NCBI GenBank assembly: GCA_963770835.1
Contig: CAVYRH010000002.1
Span: forward strand, 64,001-128,000
Length of the DNA stretch: 64,000 bases
Reading direction: 5' to 3'
DNA from: an uncultured Pseudomonadota bacterium
Lineage (GTDB): Bacteria; Oederibacteriota; Muellerivitia; Muellerivitales; Muellerivitaceae
Numbering within the stretch: position 1 is the stretch's first letter; every line of letters starts with the position of its first letter. Shown piece after piece: positions 31,194-43,164 of this stretch. The translations under genes were made by a program, and so were the position numbers. The notes under the pieces were generated by a model, which worked only from the letters and a program-made list of their open reading frames with translations, did no database searches and had not been told where the DNA came from.

Positions 31194-33296
31194 TCATTTC
31201 CCCGCCGCGTCCAAGGCTTGGAGATTCTCCCGGGCCGGTGTTACTTTCAGCGCGTCCCCTTTTGTGGCCTTTTCAAAAACCTTCCTCGCCTCCGAGTATT
31301 GCCCCATTTGAACTAAAATGACCCCCTGTTCGTTGTACATATGCGGCAAAGGATAGCCTCTCAAAACACAGTTTTGTGCCGCCTCCAGGCAGCCTGGAGC
31401 GTCCTTATCCATGGCCCGATTATCAAAGACCTTCTCCCAAAATACGGATTCTAAAAAAGGATCACCCCAAACTTTATCTTGCGACCGTTCCATTTGCGCG
31501 ACGAGGCCTTCCCTCGAGTCGCCGGGCATGGCATCGATCATTTCCGGGGTTAAGGCCTGCAAGTTGCGGTTAAGGGCAAACCAATTTTCCAAGGTTGACA
31601 TGTTGGAGGGCTGGATAGGAATGACCCCTAAGGCCCACCAACCGTAGGCTTCCCGAGGACAAAGCCAATAAAACCTCCCCTCCGGAAACCGGGTGGACAA
31701 AAACGGCAGATAATTGGCGTCCACCAGCACCGCAACCCACTTGGCATCCGCGAAGGAAAGAGATGGATTGATGGCTACGTCAAAGGAATAAGCGGCCACT
31801 TCGGGGGTTACATCGACCACATGGGCCCGAAGGTCGAACAAGAGGGCGCCCGGTCCCATTTGCGAATCGGCCTTCCGTAGAATCTCGTAGGATTTCCAAA
31901 GCTCGTATTGCTTCCCGAAGTTCCAGGCGTTTCCCGGCGTTCCCCAATAATGGGGAAACCGGTTGAACAGATGGTAGGAATCCAGACCCATGGAAACCCC
32001 CAAGAGTAGGAAGGCCAAACCAATCCTTTTTCCGTCTTTTAGCTTTTCCAAAACCACCTGCAATCCGGAGACCACCAAGATCAAGGCTGGAAGAAAAGCC
32101 ATCAGGACGCGAAAACTGTCATAACCGCGGGCCAGTGCAGCCGGCAAGAAAGCCAACCCCAGGGACAGGAAAGTCCATCGCACGAAGGGACGGCTCTGAA
32201 ACCGGCACAACTCCAAAGCACCGGTTAAAAGCAAAGCTCCCAATACCGGGTTCAGCAGCCCACCCCAAACCGGTCCATAAAGGCGCCTCCAGTTAAAACC
32301 CCACAAAAGAGCTTGAACATGGGAGAAAAAGTCTTTGCACACCTGCCCCGGGTCCATGCCCGGATGAAAAACCCAAAGGACGTTTATGTACCGGCCATTT
32401 TTTTGAAATACGGATTCCACAAGGAAAGGCATTACCGTGACCAGGAAAGACGTGAGGAACCTCCAAAGCGAACCCTCCCCCCGCAGCCCTTTCCAATGGC
32501 GGTAAAGGAAAACCGAAAATACCGAGAGAGCGACCACGGGCCAGGCAATGGCGACGTAAAACCCAAGACCTGTCACAACCCCACAGGCCCAAGCCCATCG
32601 TTGGCGACCCTTCACCTGGTCCGCCCTTAAATAGGCGGCCAAAAAGGCAAAACCCAAGACTTCAGTCAAAAGCATGGCGGAAGTGGGCTGACAGATCCTT
32701 CCGGCGTAAAGGGGCCAAAAGCTGAAACCCAGGAGCATCATTCCCAAAAACGCGAAGGACTTCGGGAAGTAATTCCTAAACCCTGGAAGCGCGGCCCAAA
32801 CGGCCGATGCCGAAAGAAGGGCGGGAAAAAGCCAAAGGGTTTGTAACGAGGGGGTAAAGGCCTTGAAGAAAAGGGCAAACCCCCAATTAAAGGCGGGTGG
32901 GTGTTGTCCTAGGGCGAAGAAAAACTTCCAATCCCAGTGTTTCAGGAGTTCCAGGGAATAATAAGAAAAATAACCTTCATCGGTGAAAGGCCATTGGGAG
33001 AGGCTGGTCAGGTGGAAAAATCGCGGAGCCATAGACAGAAACGCGACCAAGGCCAAAACCCAAGAAGGCAAGGTGGGAAAAAGCTCTTTCTCGTAGGGCG
33101 CCTTATCCTGGAATTCCGCCGGTTTCGCGGCGAAAAAGAAGACCAAACCCGGCAAGGCTAAGCCCGCAAAGGCAATCCACAATTTCACAGTCAGCGGCAG
33201 AAAAAAATAGGACAACAGGGTGTTGGCAAGGAAGCTGATGGCAAAAAAAAGAACCGGGTTGTAGCGGATTCCGCTATTTCCTTGAATCTGGCTCAT
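31194..33296 (-). CDS. ArnT/PMT (GT39)-like multi-pass membrane protein with C-terminal TPR
   Basis: PRF.HL...W...DEG luminal motif, HPP, many TM helices, C-terminal TPR (YNEQGVILVQMGQYSEARKVFEKA). Confidence 0.65.
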   Translation of the reverse strand: MSQIQGNSGIRYNPVLFFAISFLANTLLSYFFLPLTVKLWIAFAGLALPGLVFFFAAKPAEFQDKAPYEKELFPTLPSWVLALVAFLSMAPRFFHLTSLSQWPFTDEGYFSYYSLELLKHWDWKFFFALGQHPPAFNWGFALFFKAFTPSLQTLWLFPALLSASAVWAALPGFRNYFPKSFAFLGMMLLGFSFWPLYAGRICQPTSAMLLTEVLGFAFLAAYLRADQVKGRQRWAWACGVVTGLGFYVAIAWPVVALSVFSVFLYRHWKGLRGEGSLWRFLTSFLVTVMPFLVESVFQKNGRYINVLWVFHPGMDPGQVCKDFFSHVQALLWGFNWRRLYGPVWGGLLNPVLGALLLTGALELCRFQSRPFVRWTFLSLGLAFLPAALARGYDSFRVLMAFLPALILVVSGLQVVLEKLKDGKRIGLAFLLLGVSMGLDSYHLFNRFPHYWGTPGNAWNFGKQYELWKSYEILRKADSQMGPGALLFDLRAHVVDVTPEVAAYSFDVAINPSLSFADAKWVAVLVDANYLPFLSTRFPEGRFYWLCPREAYGWWALGVIPIQPSNMSTLENWFALNRNLQALTPEMIDAMPGDSREGLVAQMERSQDKVWGDPFLESVFWEKVFDNRAMDKDAPGCLEAAQNCVLRGYPLPHMYNEQGVILVQMGQYSEARKVFEKATKGDALKVTPARENLQALDAAGK

Positions 33297-33307
33297 ACCC
33301 CGTTTGA

Positions 33308-35528
33308 TCAAGGGGCCTCGAACCAAACCGTGGCCAGGGGCGGCAGGGAAATCACTACTGAATAGGGCTGACCGTGACAGGGGATGGGTTCGGCGTGGAC
33401 TCCGCCGTTGTTGCCGAAGTTGGAGCCGCCGTAGAGGTGGGAATCGGTGTTCAGGAGTTCGCGGTAAAAACCCGGCTTGGGCACGCCCACCCGGTAACCG
33501 TTACGGATAACCGGTGAGAAATTGCCCGTCACCAGGATTTGCTTCCCCGTGGAAGGCGACTTCCTCAGGAAAGCCACCGCGTTGTCGTCCGCGTTGCTGG
33601 AGTCTACCCATTGGAAGCCTGCGGGGTCGACATCCGCCTCATGCAAGGCGGGGTGGCTCTTATAGAGCCGGTTCAAGTCCGAGACCAGGTTCTGCATGCG
33701 CCAATGGTCGGCCCATTGGGTCAAGTGCCAGTCCAGGCTTTGCTCGTGGTTCCATTCGTAAAACTGCGCGAATTCGCAGCCCATGAAGAGGAGTTTCTTC
33801 CCGGGATGGGCCCACATATAGCCGTAAAGGGACCGCAGGTTTGCGAACTTTTGCCACCGTTCCCCGGGCATCTTGTCGATCATGGAGCACTTGCCGTGCA
33901 CCACCTCGTCGTGGGAAATGGGGAGGATGAAATTCTCGCTCCAGGCGTAGAGGAAGCCGAAGGTCAGGTTGTTGTGGTCGTACCGGCGGTAAACGGGGTC
34001 GCGGCTGAAGTAAAAGAGCGTGTCGTGCATCCAGCCCATGTTCCACTTGAAACCGAAACCCAGGCCTCCCGTGTAGGTGGGACGGCTTACGCCCGGCCAA
34101 GCCGTGGATTCTTCCGCCGACCATGAGAACCCCCGGGAACTGGGCGTAGACCAGCTCATTGAGTTTTTTTAAAAAGCTGATGGCTTCCAGGTTCTCGTTG
34201 CCGCCGAACTGGTTGGGAATCCATTCCCCCTCCTTGCGACTGTAATCCAGGTAAAGCATGGAGGCCACCGCGTCCAGCCGCAGGCCGTCCACATGGTATT
34301 CCGAAAGCCAGAACAAGGCGTTGGAAAGGAGAAAATTCCTCACCTCATTCCGGCCGAAATTAAAAACGTAGGTTCCCCAATCGGGGTGCTCCCCCTGGCG
34401 GGGATCGAGGTGTTCATAAAGGGCCGTTCCGTCAAAGCGTCCGAGGGCGAATTCATCCTTGGGAAAATGGGCTGGGACCCAGTCCAGAATCACCCCGATG
34501 CCTTTCTGGTGCAGGTAATCCACCAGGTATTTAAAATCATCCGGCGGCCCAAAGCGTGCGGTCGGCGCGAAGTAGGATGAAACCTGGTACCCCCAGGACC
34601 CGCCGAAGGGGTGCTCCATGACGGGCATGAATTCCACGTGGGTAAACCCTAACTCCTGGACGTAGTCGGCCAATTGAACCGCCATTTCCTTGTAGGTCAG
34701 AGGCCGGTTGTCTTCCTCCGGTACCTTGCGCCAGGACTCCAAGTGGACCTCATAGATGGAAAGGGGTTTGCGCAGGGAGTCCCCTTTCTCCCGGTTGCGC
34801 ATCCATTCCTGGTCCTTAAACTCATAGTGGGTGCGGTGGGCGACGGAAGCGGTCAGGGGCGGTTTTTCGGTGGCGAAGGCGTAGGGGTCGGCTTTTAAAA
34901 GCCTCCGGCCGTCGTGAGTGCGGATTTCGAATTTGTAATTCATCCCCTCGCTGATCTCGGGGATGAAGATTTCCCAGATGCCGGAGGCACCCATGCGGCG
35001 CATGGTATGAAGGCGGCCATCCCAGCCGTTGAAATCGCCGACGACACTGACGCCCTTGGCGCCCGGCGCCCAAACGGCGAAAGAAAGGCCTTCGACCCCC
35101 TGGTGTTGCAGGAAATGGGCCCCCATCTTTTCATGGAGCTTTTGATGGTTCCCTTCCCCCAGGAGATAAAGGTCCATTTCCCCCAAGGTCGGCCAAAAGG
35201 CGTAGGGATCCCAATAAGTGAAGACTTTTGGCCCCGGGTATTCCACCTTCACGCGGTAAGGGCCGATTTCCTTTTTGCCATCCAAAAAACCCTCGAAAAG
35301 GCCCGCGGGAGAACAGAGGGAAAGGAGAATTTCCTTGCCCTTACCCTCCAGGAAAATAGAAACCGAAAGGGCGTCCGGGCGAAACACCCGCACGCACACG
35401 CCCGTCTTTTGGGGGTGGATTCCTAAAACCGAATGGGGATCCCCATGGCTTAAGGAAATAAAGCTTTCAAGTTCTTGATTCGACAGGGTGGCTTTGGCGT
35501 GGGGCTGCTTTTTCTTCGTCGTTGGCAT
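33308..35528 (-). CDS. glgB: 1,4-alpha-glucan branching enzyme (GH13), one frameshift near 34120
   Basis: [36 protein letters not shown], then in a second frame [23 protein letters not shown]. Confidence 0.95.
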
Positions 35529-35579
35529 GGACACGTCCTCGGAACCGTTTTGGGCTATTGACCTTCACGACGCGGCGTT

Positions 35580-38045
35580 TTATGCGACTTCGATGTCATC
35601 CGTATGCAGCGATTTCTTAAGCTTGTCGTTCTCATCGAGCAGAGTGTCCGTTTTGAGGTCCAGCAGTTCGGACAATTCCACCAGTTTGTCGAATTGTAGG
35701 GATTTTTCCGCGGCCTCGAAAACCGCCTCCTGGGCCAGGTAAAGGTTGTATTCCAGCCCCAGTTTCTTGGTCAACTGTACCACAGCGATGGCCGCCCGGA
35801 CGTTTTCCTCGGTGGGTTTCGCCACGGCTATTTCCACGATTTCCGTGATCAGGTTCCGGAAAGTGTGTTCGGCCACGAACCGGTCGATGCGGTACCCATG
35901 GCGGGTCACCTCGTCGGCGAGGGAAATGAGGTTTCGGTAGGCATCCGGATCCTTGAACCACTCCCTCCGTTGGATTTCCTCCTCAAAAAGCTTGCCGAAG
36001 GTGAATTCCGCCGCGGCCCGGATCTCCCGGGGCAGCTCAAACCCCACGGACTGCAGCATTTCCAGGTTGCGTCGGTTGTCCTCGTAAAGGCGGACATATT
36101 GTTCCGAGAAACGTTCCACCAGGCTTCCGAACACTTCCTTGAAGATCTTCTGGCGGCTCTCCGGCAGCAGCTGTTCCACGCCGAATTCCTCGGGCCCGAA
36201 CTCCTCCTGCATGAGCCTGAGGAGCTTGGGCAGGGAAACCAGGTAAAACTGGTCCCAGAGGTGCCGGGAGGACTTGTCGAAATTTTCCTTGCGCAGGAAG
36301 GGGCGGACGGCGCCGTAAAAGTCAATGCCGCCCAGGTGAAGCCCCGCGAAGGCGTAGCGGAAGTGCTGCCGCGTCATGGCTTCCTGGAGCGAAACATGCC
36401 CGGTCATCAAGGTAAAGCGGCCGTGCTCCTCCTTGCGGTTATCCAGCATCTCAAAAAGATATCCCCCCGCCTCCCCGCTTTCGGCCACGTGGTTGACGAG
36501 GGAGGAAATGGCCAAGTGGGCCACCACCCCTTGGGGCGTGACGCGGGTGGGCTCGGCGAAGCGGCGGTACACGTCGGCGCCGGTGCCGAACTCGGGGACA
36601 TTGCTCTTGGCCTCGGCCAGGATGTCGAGGAAGGCTGTTTCGGGGGACTCGAACCCCAGGGTTTCCATCAGGTCGAAAATGCGGGCGGCGTATTTCATGA
36701 CCTGCACGGTCTCAATGCCGGAGATCTCGGTAAAGAACCAGCCGCAGCTGGTGTACATGAGCATGGCGTTTCGTTGGATTTCCAAGTGGGTGAGGGCCTT
36801 TACTTGCTCCAGTTCGGACAATTCCCTTCCCGCATGTTTTTCAAGGAATTCCTTGCGGGAAGCCTGGGGATCCAACACCAGCTGGATGTAAGCGTTGCGG
36901 GCCGCCCAGGGGTCGTTGAAAAGCTTGCCCCTTTCTTGGTCGAAATACCCGTGCACCCGGTCCCGGAGGAAATCAAAGGCCTTGCGCAGGGGCCCCCGCC
37001 AGGCCTGGTTCCATCCTTCCCGGCCGCCGGTTTGGCAGCCGCAATCCCGGTACCAGCGCCCGACGCCGTGGGCGCAGCTCCAGGAAGTCCCATTGCCGTC
37101 CGGTCCCTTTTTGATCTCGGCTTCCCAGGTGGGAGGGTGTTTTTCCAGGTAAGCGCCGTAGTTGGTGACCCAATAGTCGCCCTGTGTCGCTTCCACCTTG
37201 AGCGCGTAGGCCAGGCTGCGGTCGCCGAACTTCGTGTGGTGGCCGTAGGACTCGCCGTCGGTGGCGGTCTGCACGATGCGGCCTTCTCCCCGGCCCACCC
37301 GGCCGATGCGGTCGATGAAAGCCTGGCTGGAAATGAGGGACCCCTCGAAGGCGACCCCGCGCGCGATGCCCATGTCGTAGAAAAAGATATCGATGAACCG
37401 CTTGGAGCCGTCCCGGTGGAAATAGCGGTAAGGCATGGCCGGGTCGATCCTTCCGTTCGAGACGTCGGTCCAGTCGCCATCGCCCAAGGGGCGGACGCGC
37501 TCAGCCTGTTCGGGAGACAGGATGACGTATTTGAGGTTATGGTCGATCAGGACCGAAAGGGTGGCGTCGTTGCAGGCGGTTTCCGGCAGCCAGAGGGACT
37601 CGGGCTCCCGGTTGAACCGGTGCTTGAAGTCCTCGATGCCCCACTTCACCTGGGTGATGCGGTCCGCTTCGTTGCAAAGGGGCAGGATGGTGTGGTTATA
37701 ACCCTGGGCGATGGCGTTGCCGTGGCCGCCATTCTTCTTGGCGCTCTTTTTGTCCGCCTCCAGGATTTTCTCATAGGTCCCGATGTGGTATTTCTCCATC
37801 CAGGAAAGGAGCGTGGGGCCGAAATTGAAGCTGATGGACTCGTAATTGTTGATGATTCCCTCGATCCGGCCGCTCTTCAGGTCGAATACCCGGGCGAATG
37901 CGTTGGGGCGGTAACACTCGTAATAAACGCGGTCGTTCCAATTGGGGAAAGGCTGGGCGCTGGGCTGGTCGTCAATGACACCCGTCCAGGGGTTTTCCCG
38001 GGGAGGCTGGTAGAAATGGCCGTGGATGACGAGTGCGGTTGGCAT
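35580..38045 (-). CDS. GH57 family glycoside hydrolase with DUF3536 domain
   Basis: IHGHFYQPPRENPW, FNFGPTL, WLPETA, TDGESYGHH, SWSCAHGVGRW, MYTSCGWFF motifs. Confidence 0.92.
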   Translation of the reverse strand: MPTALVIHGHFYQPPRENPWTGVIDDQPSAQPFPNWNDRVYYECYRPNAFARVFDLKSGRIEGIINNYESISFNFGPTLLSWMEKYHIGTYEKILEADKKSAKKNGGHGNAIAQGYNHTILPLCNEADRITQVKWGIEDFKHRFNREPESLWLPETACNDATLSVLIDHNLKYVILSPEQAERVRPLGDGDWTDVSNGRIDPAMPYRYFHRDGSKRFIDIFFYDMGIARGVAFEGSLISSQAFIDRIGRVGRGEGRIVQTATDGESYGHHTKFGDRSLAYALKVEATQGDYWVTNYGAYLEKHPPTWEAEIKKGPDGNGTSWSCAHGVGRWYRDCGCQTGGREGWNQAWRGPLRKAFDFLRDRVHGYFDQERGKLFNDPWAARNAYIQLVLDPQASRKEFLEKHAGRELSELEQVKALTHLEIQRNAMLMYTSCGWFFTEISGIETVQVMKYAARIFDLMETLGFESPETAFLDILAEAKSNVPEFGTGADVYRRFAEPTRVTPQGVVAHLAISSLVNHVAESGEAGGYLFEMLDNRKEEHGRFTLMTGHVSLQEAMTRQHFRYAFAGLHLGGIDFYGAVRPFLRKENFDKSSRHLWDQFYLVSLPKLLRLMQEEFGPEEFGVEQLLPESRQKIFKEVFGSLVERFSEQYVRLYEDNRRNLEMLQSVGFELPREIRAAAEFTFGKLFEEEIQRREWFKDPDAYRNLISLADEVTRHGYRIDRFVAEHTFRNLITEIVEIAVAKPTEENVRAAIAVVQLTKKLGLEYNLYLAQEAVFEAAEKSLQFDKLVELSELLDLKTDTLLDENDKLKKSLHTDDIEVA

Positions 38046-38124
38046 CAGTTCCTCATTGGGACGGCCTAGGAGAGACCGCCGAATCAGCTTCTGATTTTAA
38101 TGGCAAAAAGCCCGATTGGGTGAA

Positions 38125-39630
38125 CTATCCATTAGGGACAAACCACAGGCGTCCCAATTCCCGTATCTTGACATGGTAATTATTTTGAATTTCCTCTACC
38201 ACCGGCTTGGGAAGCAGGTACTGCTCCGGCCTGTCGTACAATTCGATCGTGGAGAATTTTTTTGACCGAATGTCACCGATAAGGGGCTCTTCGCTCCAAA
38301 TTCCCCTTTTCACCATGGCCGTGTATTCGGCGGGTTGGATCCAGATTTTCTTTCCGGCCATCACCGGCAGGTCCAAATCCAGGGCCAAGTGGTTTTCCCC
38401 GGTTTCATAAATCTTAGAGGCGGCTAATTTCGCATCCCTCTCTTCGGCAGGGGGTGTGGTGGGCCATTTACCGGCGGGCAAAAAAACGTAGAGGGCCACA
38501 CCCAAAAGCACCCTGCCCCAGACCGCGGTTTTTCCACCGGGGCTCCAACGGAAGATCCCATTCCAGGGAGAAACCCAAGCCTCCCCGATAAAAAAAATCC
38601 CATAAAGAAGGAATTCCAGCCAGTAGTTTTCGGCGCCCAAAACCCGCCCCAAGGATAAAAGGCTTAGGCCGGAAAAAACAATTTGGATCTTGGGGAGCAA
38701 GGGGACGCGCTTGACCGCCCAAAGAAGCAGGACAGCGGCGGAAAGGGCCCCCCCTTCCCTCCAAAAAACCCGTGAAATCAAATACCAAAAAGCCCTCATG
38801 TCGAATCCCGTGTTCGCCCAAGCCACGGTATGTTCGTAAAACAATCCCTTCGTTTGAACCTGTTCGATCGCGAAAACAACCGTCAAAGGCGCCAGGAAAA
38901 AAAGGGCGTAATCCCCCAGCCGGGCCCATTGCCGCCGGGCCACGCAATAGAGGCCGTAAACCACCGCCAGGGCCAGGGTGCTTTGCTTGATGAGGACCGC
39001 AGCCGCGTTGAATAAACCCGCGGCGGCGATCCCCATCCTTCCCTTGGCGGGTTTAAGGGAATCCCCGTAAAGCAACAGAAAAGCGGCGAAGTGGAAGAAA
39101 AGCGCCAAGGCATCGCATCGCACCATGGTCCCCCATTCGGCCCAGGTCGGAAAAATCCAAAGCAGAAGGGCCGAAAAAACGGCCCACACCCATCCCCATC
39201 GCCGGAACCCCCAGGCCCCCAAAAGGATCCCGCATCCCAAATAGCCCGCGAAAGCCAGGAACCTGCCGGGTTGCCACACCAAGCCGGTAGCCTTGAGAAG
39301 CCCAGCCTCCAGCCAAGAAAAAAGGGGCGGATAAACCGAATAAAGGTAGGGACCGCCCTTGGCGCTGTCAGGATAAAGGTTCTCTCCTCGCAAAAGGATT
39401 AGGCCCTTTTCCACGTTGATCGCTTCCCCTTGTTCCACTTGCAGGGGATAGGTAAGCCGGTGGTAAAGGGCGGGAAGTCCGAGGAGGAAGGTCGCGGCAA
39501 CGAAAACGGCAGGAAGAAAAAGGATCATTCGGTAGAAGTAATCATTGGCCGGAAAAGAGGGGTTGCTTACCTGTTGGGAGAAGGCTCGTCCCTTGGCTGC
39601 CATCTTCTCCACCCTTTGATTATTCAACAA
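38125..39630 (-). CDS. GT-C/ArnT-like multi-pass membrane protein
   Basis: GE loop, YPPLF, R.D and KQ motifs in TM context; start may be ATG 39603 or later. Confidence 0.6.
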   Translation of the reverse strand: MLNNQRVEKMAAKGRAFSQQVSNPSFPANDYFYRMILFLPAVFVAATFLLGLPALYHRLTYPLQVEQGEAINVEKGLILLRGENLYPDSAKGGPYLYSVYPPLFSWLEAGLLKATGLVWQPGRFLAFAGYLGCGILLGAWGFRRWGWVWAVFSALLLWIFPTWAEWGTMVRCDALALFFHFAAFLLLYGDSLKPAKGRMGIAAAGLFNAAAVLIKQSTLALAVVYGLYCVARRQWARLGDYALFFLAPLTVVFAIEQVQTKGLFYEHTVAWANTGFDMRAFWYLISRVFWREGGALSAAVLLLWAVKRVPLLPKIQIVFSGLSLLSLGRVLGAENYWLEFLLYGIFFIGEAWVSPWNGIFRWSPGGKTAVWGRVLLGVALYVFLPAGKWPTTPPAEERDAKLAASKIYETGENHLALDLDLPVMAGKKIWIQPAEYTAMVKRGIWSEEPLIGDIRSKKFSTIELYDRPEQYLLPKPVVEEIQNNYHVKIRELGRLWFVPNG

Positions 39631-40912
39631 TCATCCCTGCGCCCACGGTGTTGTTGGTAAGCTCGTCGATGAGGATGAAGCTGCCGGTCGCCCAGTTGCG
39701 GTCATAGGGGTCGAAGCAGATGGGTTTGAGCGTCTGGACGTTCACACGGGCGATGTCGTTGAGGTTCAACTGTTCGGCCAAATTTTTGTCGAGGGTCTTC
39801 ATGTCCCTTACCCAAAGGATATTGTCCACCAGGGCCTTGGTCTCGCCGGTGGCCAGCTTCAAAAGATACTTTTTCTTCAACGTCAGGGGTTCCTTGACCA
39901 TCCAGCACAGGTGAGCCTGGAATTGCCGCTCGCATTGGGGTTCGTTGCCGGGATAGGCCAGCATATCGCCGCGGGAAATGTCGATCTCGTCGTTTAAGCG
40001 CAAGGTCACGCTCATGGGGGGATAGGCTTCTTCCAACTCCCCGTCGAAGGTGTCGATGGAGCGGATGGTGGAGGTGGCCCCGGAAGGCAGCGCCACGACC
40101 TTTTGTCCTTTTCGGGCGATACCGGAGGCGACTTTCCCGGCGAACCCCCGGTAATCCAGGTTTGGCCGCAGGACGATCTGGACCGGAAAACGGAAATCGT
40201 CCAGATTCCGGTCCTTGGAAATCTCGATGGTCTCCAAATGGTCCAATAGGGCCTTCCCCTTGTACCAGGGCATGGCGGGGCTTTTCACGGTGACGTTGTC
40301 GCCCTTCAAGGCGGAAATGGGGATGAATTCCAGGTTCTTCAGCGAGGGCGGCGCGGGATTTTCCTCCACCAGGCGCTGGAAGAAGGCCTCATAGTCGGCC
40401 TTGATCTTCTCGAAAACCTCTTCCTTGAAGTCCACCAGGTCCATCTTGTTGATGGCCACGACGATATGTGGGATGCCCAGGAGCTTGGCGATATAGCCGT
40501 GCCGCTTGGACTGGATCATGACCCCGTTGCGGGCGTCGATGAGGATGATGGCCAGATCCGCCGTGGAGGCGCCGGTGACCATGTTGCGGGTGTATTGCTC
40601 GTGTCCCGGAGTGTCGGCGATGATGAACTTCCGTTTAGAAGTGGCGAAATAGCGGTAGGCTACGTCGATGGTAATTCCCTGTTCCCGCTCCGCCGCCAAC
40701 CCGTCGGTAATCAGGGCAAAATCGATGTCCTCCCCACCCTTTTTCCGGGTGGTCTTGCGGATGGCATCCAATTGGTCCTCAAAGACTCCCTTGGAATCGA
40801 AAAGAAGCCTGCCGATGAGGGTGGATTTGCCGTCGTCCACAGACCCGGCCGTCGAGAACCGCAGCATGTCCATCTTTTCGTAGTTTAATAGCGTCTTTGC
40901 GTTTAGCGTCAT
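39620..40912 (-). CDS. cysN: Sulfate adenylyltransferase subunit 1 (GTPase), not fused to CysC
   Basis: [54 protein letters not shown] motifs. Confidence 0.96.
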   Translation of the reverse strand: MTLNAKTLLNYEKMDMLRFSTAGSVDDGKSTLIGRLLFDSKGVFEDQLDAIRKTTRKKGGEDIDFALITDGLAAEREQGITIDVAYRYFATSKRKFIIADTPGHEQYTRNMVTGASTADLAIILIDARNGVMIQSKRHGYIAKLLGIPHIVVAINKMDLVDFKEEVFEKIKADYEAFFQRLVEENPAPPSLKNLEFIPISALKGDNVTVKSPAMPWYKGKALLDHLETIEISKDRNLDDFRFPVQIVLRPNLDYRGFAGKVASGIARKGQKVVALPSGATSTIRSIDTFDGELEEAYPPMSVTLRLNDEIDISRGDMLAYPGNEPQCERQFQAHLCWMVKEPLTLKKKYLLKLATGETKALVDNILWVRDMKTLDKNLAEQLNLNDIARVNVQTLKPICFDPYDRNWATGSFILIDELTNNTVGAGMIVE

Positions 40913-40955
40913 GTGCAATATTTCTCCGCCAAGAAAATAAAACTAGCCGGCCCTC

Positions 40956-41047
40956 GAATTTTGAATGTTGAATTCTCAATTATGAATTTTTTGAAATTTT
41001 CTTCCGGCCCACCGGAAGAAAATATCCATAATTTAAGATTCAAAATC
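40956..41047. repeat. Heptamer-repeat palindrome between cysD and cysN
   Basis: GAATTTT GAATGTT GAATTCT CAATTAT GAATTTT, a central perfect 12-bp hairpin (40996-41007 / 41012-41023), then complementary heptamers ATCCATA ATTTAAG ATTCAAA. Confidence 0.7.
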
Positions 41048-41051
41048 GCCC

Positions 41052-41975
41052 TTAGAAGTAGCCTTCCTTCTTCTTCTGTTCCATCGAGCTGTCCGAACCG
41101 TGGTCGATGATACGATTTTCCCGTTCGCTCTTGCGGGTGCCGATCAAGTCCTCGATGATGCCCCTCAAGTCATGGACTTCGGGCTCGGACTGGACGGCGC
41201 CCGTGCAGGACATGCAGCCCAAAGAGCGAAACCGCACCCGCATGTCCTTGACCTCGTCCCCTGGCAGGATCGGGATATGGGAAACCCAGGGGATGAGCAA
41301 CTCCTTGCGCTTGATGATCTTGCGGGTGTGGGTGAAATAAATGGGGACAACGGGTATTTTTTCCATCTCGATATAGAGCCAGATATCCAGCTCGGTCCAA
41401 TTGGAAAGGGGGAAAACCCGGATGGACTCCCCTTCGTTGACCTTGGAGTTGTAAAGGTCCCACAATTCGGGCCGCTGGTTCTTGGGGTCCCACTGGCCAA
41501 AGGAATCCCGGAAGGAATAAACCCTCTCCTTGGCCCTGGACTTTTCCTCTTCCCGCCGCGCCCCGCCGAAAGCCGCGTCGAATCCGTGTTTGGTCAGGGC
41601 ATCCAAGAGTCCCTGGGTTTTCAGCAGGCCGCAGCATTTCTGGACCCCGTACTTAAAGGGGCTGGAACCGCCCGCAATGGCTTCCTCGTTACGTTCCACC
41701 AGAAGCTTGGCGCCGATTTCCTGGATAAACTTGTCCCGGAACTCGTACATCTCGGGGAATTTGTAGCCGGTATCCACATGCAGGAGGGGAAAGGGGATCT
41801 TGCCGGGGTGGAAGGCCTTTTGGGCCAGGCGCACCATGACGCTGGAATCCTTGCCCACCGAATAAAGCATGACCGGGTTTTTAAACTCGGCCGCCACTTC
41901 CCGGATAATAAAGATGCTTTCCGCTTCCAGTTGTTTTAGGTGGGAGAGGGTTTTAGCGTCGGTTGAGGTCGGCAT
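41052..41975 (-). CDS. cysD: Sulfate adenylyltransferase subunit 2
   Basis: [57 protein letters not shown] motifs. Confidence 0.97.
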   Translation of the reverse strand: MPTSTDAKTLSHLKQLEAESIFIIREVAAEFKNPVMLYSVGKDSSVMVRLAQKAFHPGKIPFPLLHVDTGYKFPEMYEFRDKFIQEIGAKLLVERNEEAIAGGSSPFKYGVQKCCGLLKTQGLLDALTKHGFDAAFGGARREEEKSRAKERVYSFRDSFGQWDPKNQRPELWDLYNSKVNEGESIRVFPLSNWTELDIWLYIEMEKIPVVPIYFTHTRKIIKRKELLIPWVSHIPILPGDEVKDMRVRFRSLGCMSCTGAVQSEPEVHDLRGIIEDLIGTRKSERENRIIDHGSDSSMEQKKKEGYF

Positions 41976-42102
41976 TTTTCTCTCTTCTTACAGGTTCCAG
42001 GCCATTATTCGGACTTTGCGCTGCCAAAATCCAGGGCAAGGCCAAAAGCCCAACAAAAATACACTTTTCCGGGTTTTTACTCAATCCAAAAGCCTAGGAG
42101 CC

Positions 42103-43151
42103 TTAGAGGGGAAATACATGGAAGGCGGTAATGGCGGCATAAACCTCCTGGCCTTCCTTGAAACCGCTGGCCAGGGCCACGCCCTTGGGAACCTGCGCCG
42201 AAATATTCTTGTCTTCCCCGATATCGAGTTTGTATTCGATCACCGTGCCCTTGAACCGGGTTTTGGCGATCTTGGCCCTTACCTGCAGGGTCTCGAACTG
42301 GGCGGTCATGTAAACGTCGTTGGGCCGGAAATAAATGCGGATCTTTTGCTTCACCGGCAGGCTGGGGTTCACCGGAAAGCCGGAAAGGCCCCCATACGCG
42401 CCAGCCCCTTTTCGGCGACTTCCGTGTCGATGAAGTTGGTTTCCCCCACGAATTGGGCGATGAAATGGGTCGCCGGCTTGTCGAAAATCTCGATGGGAGA
42501 GTCCCGTCCTGCTCGATCTCCCCCTGGTTCATGATGAGGATGCGGCTGGCCACTTCCATGGCCTCCTGCTGGTCGTGGGTGACGAAAAGGGTGGTCACGT
42601 TGGTTTCCTCGTGGAGCCTCAGTATCCATTCCCGCAATTCCTCCCGCACCTTGGCGTCCAGGGCCCCGAAAGGCTCGTCCAAAAGCAGCACCTCGGGCCG
42701 GGGGGCCAGGGCCCTGGCCACGGCCACCCTTTGGCGTTGCCCGCCGGAAAGCTGGGAGGGATAGCGTTTCTCGTAACCGTTCAGCTGGATCAGGTTCAAA
42801 AGCTCATAAACCCTGGCCCTGAATTTCCTTTTCGGCTTGTTTGCGCACCCTTAGGCCGAAGGCGATGTTCTCGAAAACGTTCATGTGCTTGAAAAGGGCG
42901 TAATGCTGGAAAACAAACCCGACATTGCGCTCCTTGGCCGAGGCATAGGTGGCTTCCCGGCCGGTCAAATGGATTTCCCCCGCGTCGGGGATCTCCAGCC
43001 CCGCGATCATGCGCAGCAGGGTGCTCTTGCCCTGATCCCGAAGGGCCCAGGAGCGCCGTCAGGGAGCCCGTTTCCAGCTTCGGCGCTCACCTTATGGACG
43101 GCCTTGAAGCCGTTGAAGATCTTAGTGAGATCCGCGGACTTCAATACTCAT
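42103..43151 (-). CDS. cysA: Sulfate ABC transporter ATP-binding protein (frameshifted as given)
   Basis: Fragments: [50 protein letters not shown]-terminal TOBE-like domain. Confidence 0.9.
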
Positions 43152-43164
43152 GTCGGGCTCACTT

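Noticed and set aside
35865..38069. 734-aa plus-strand ORF
   Set aside because: Shadow frame opposite the GC-rich GH57 gene; no recognisable motifs.
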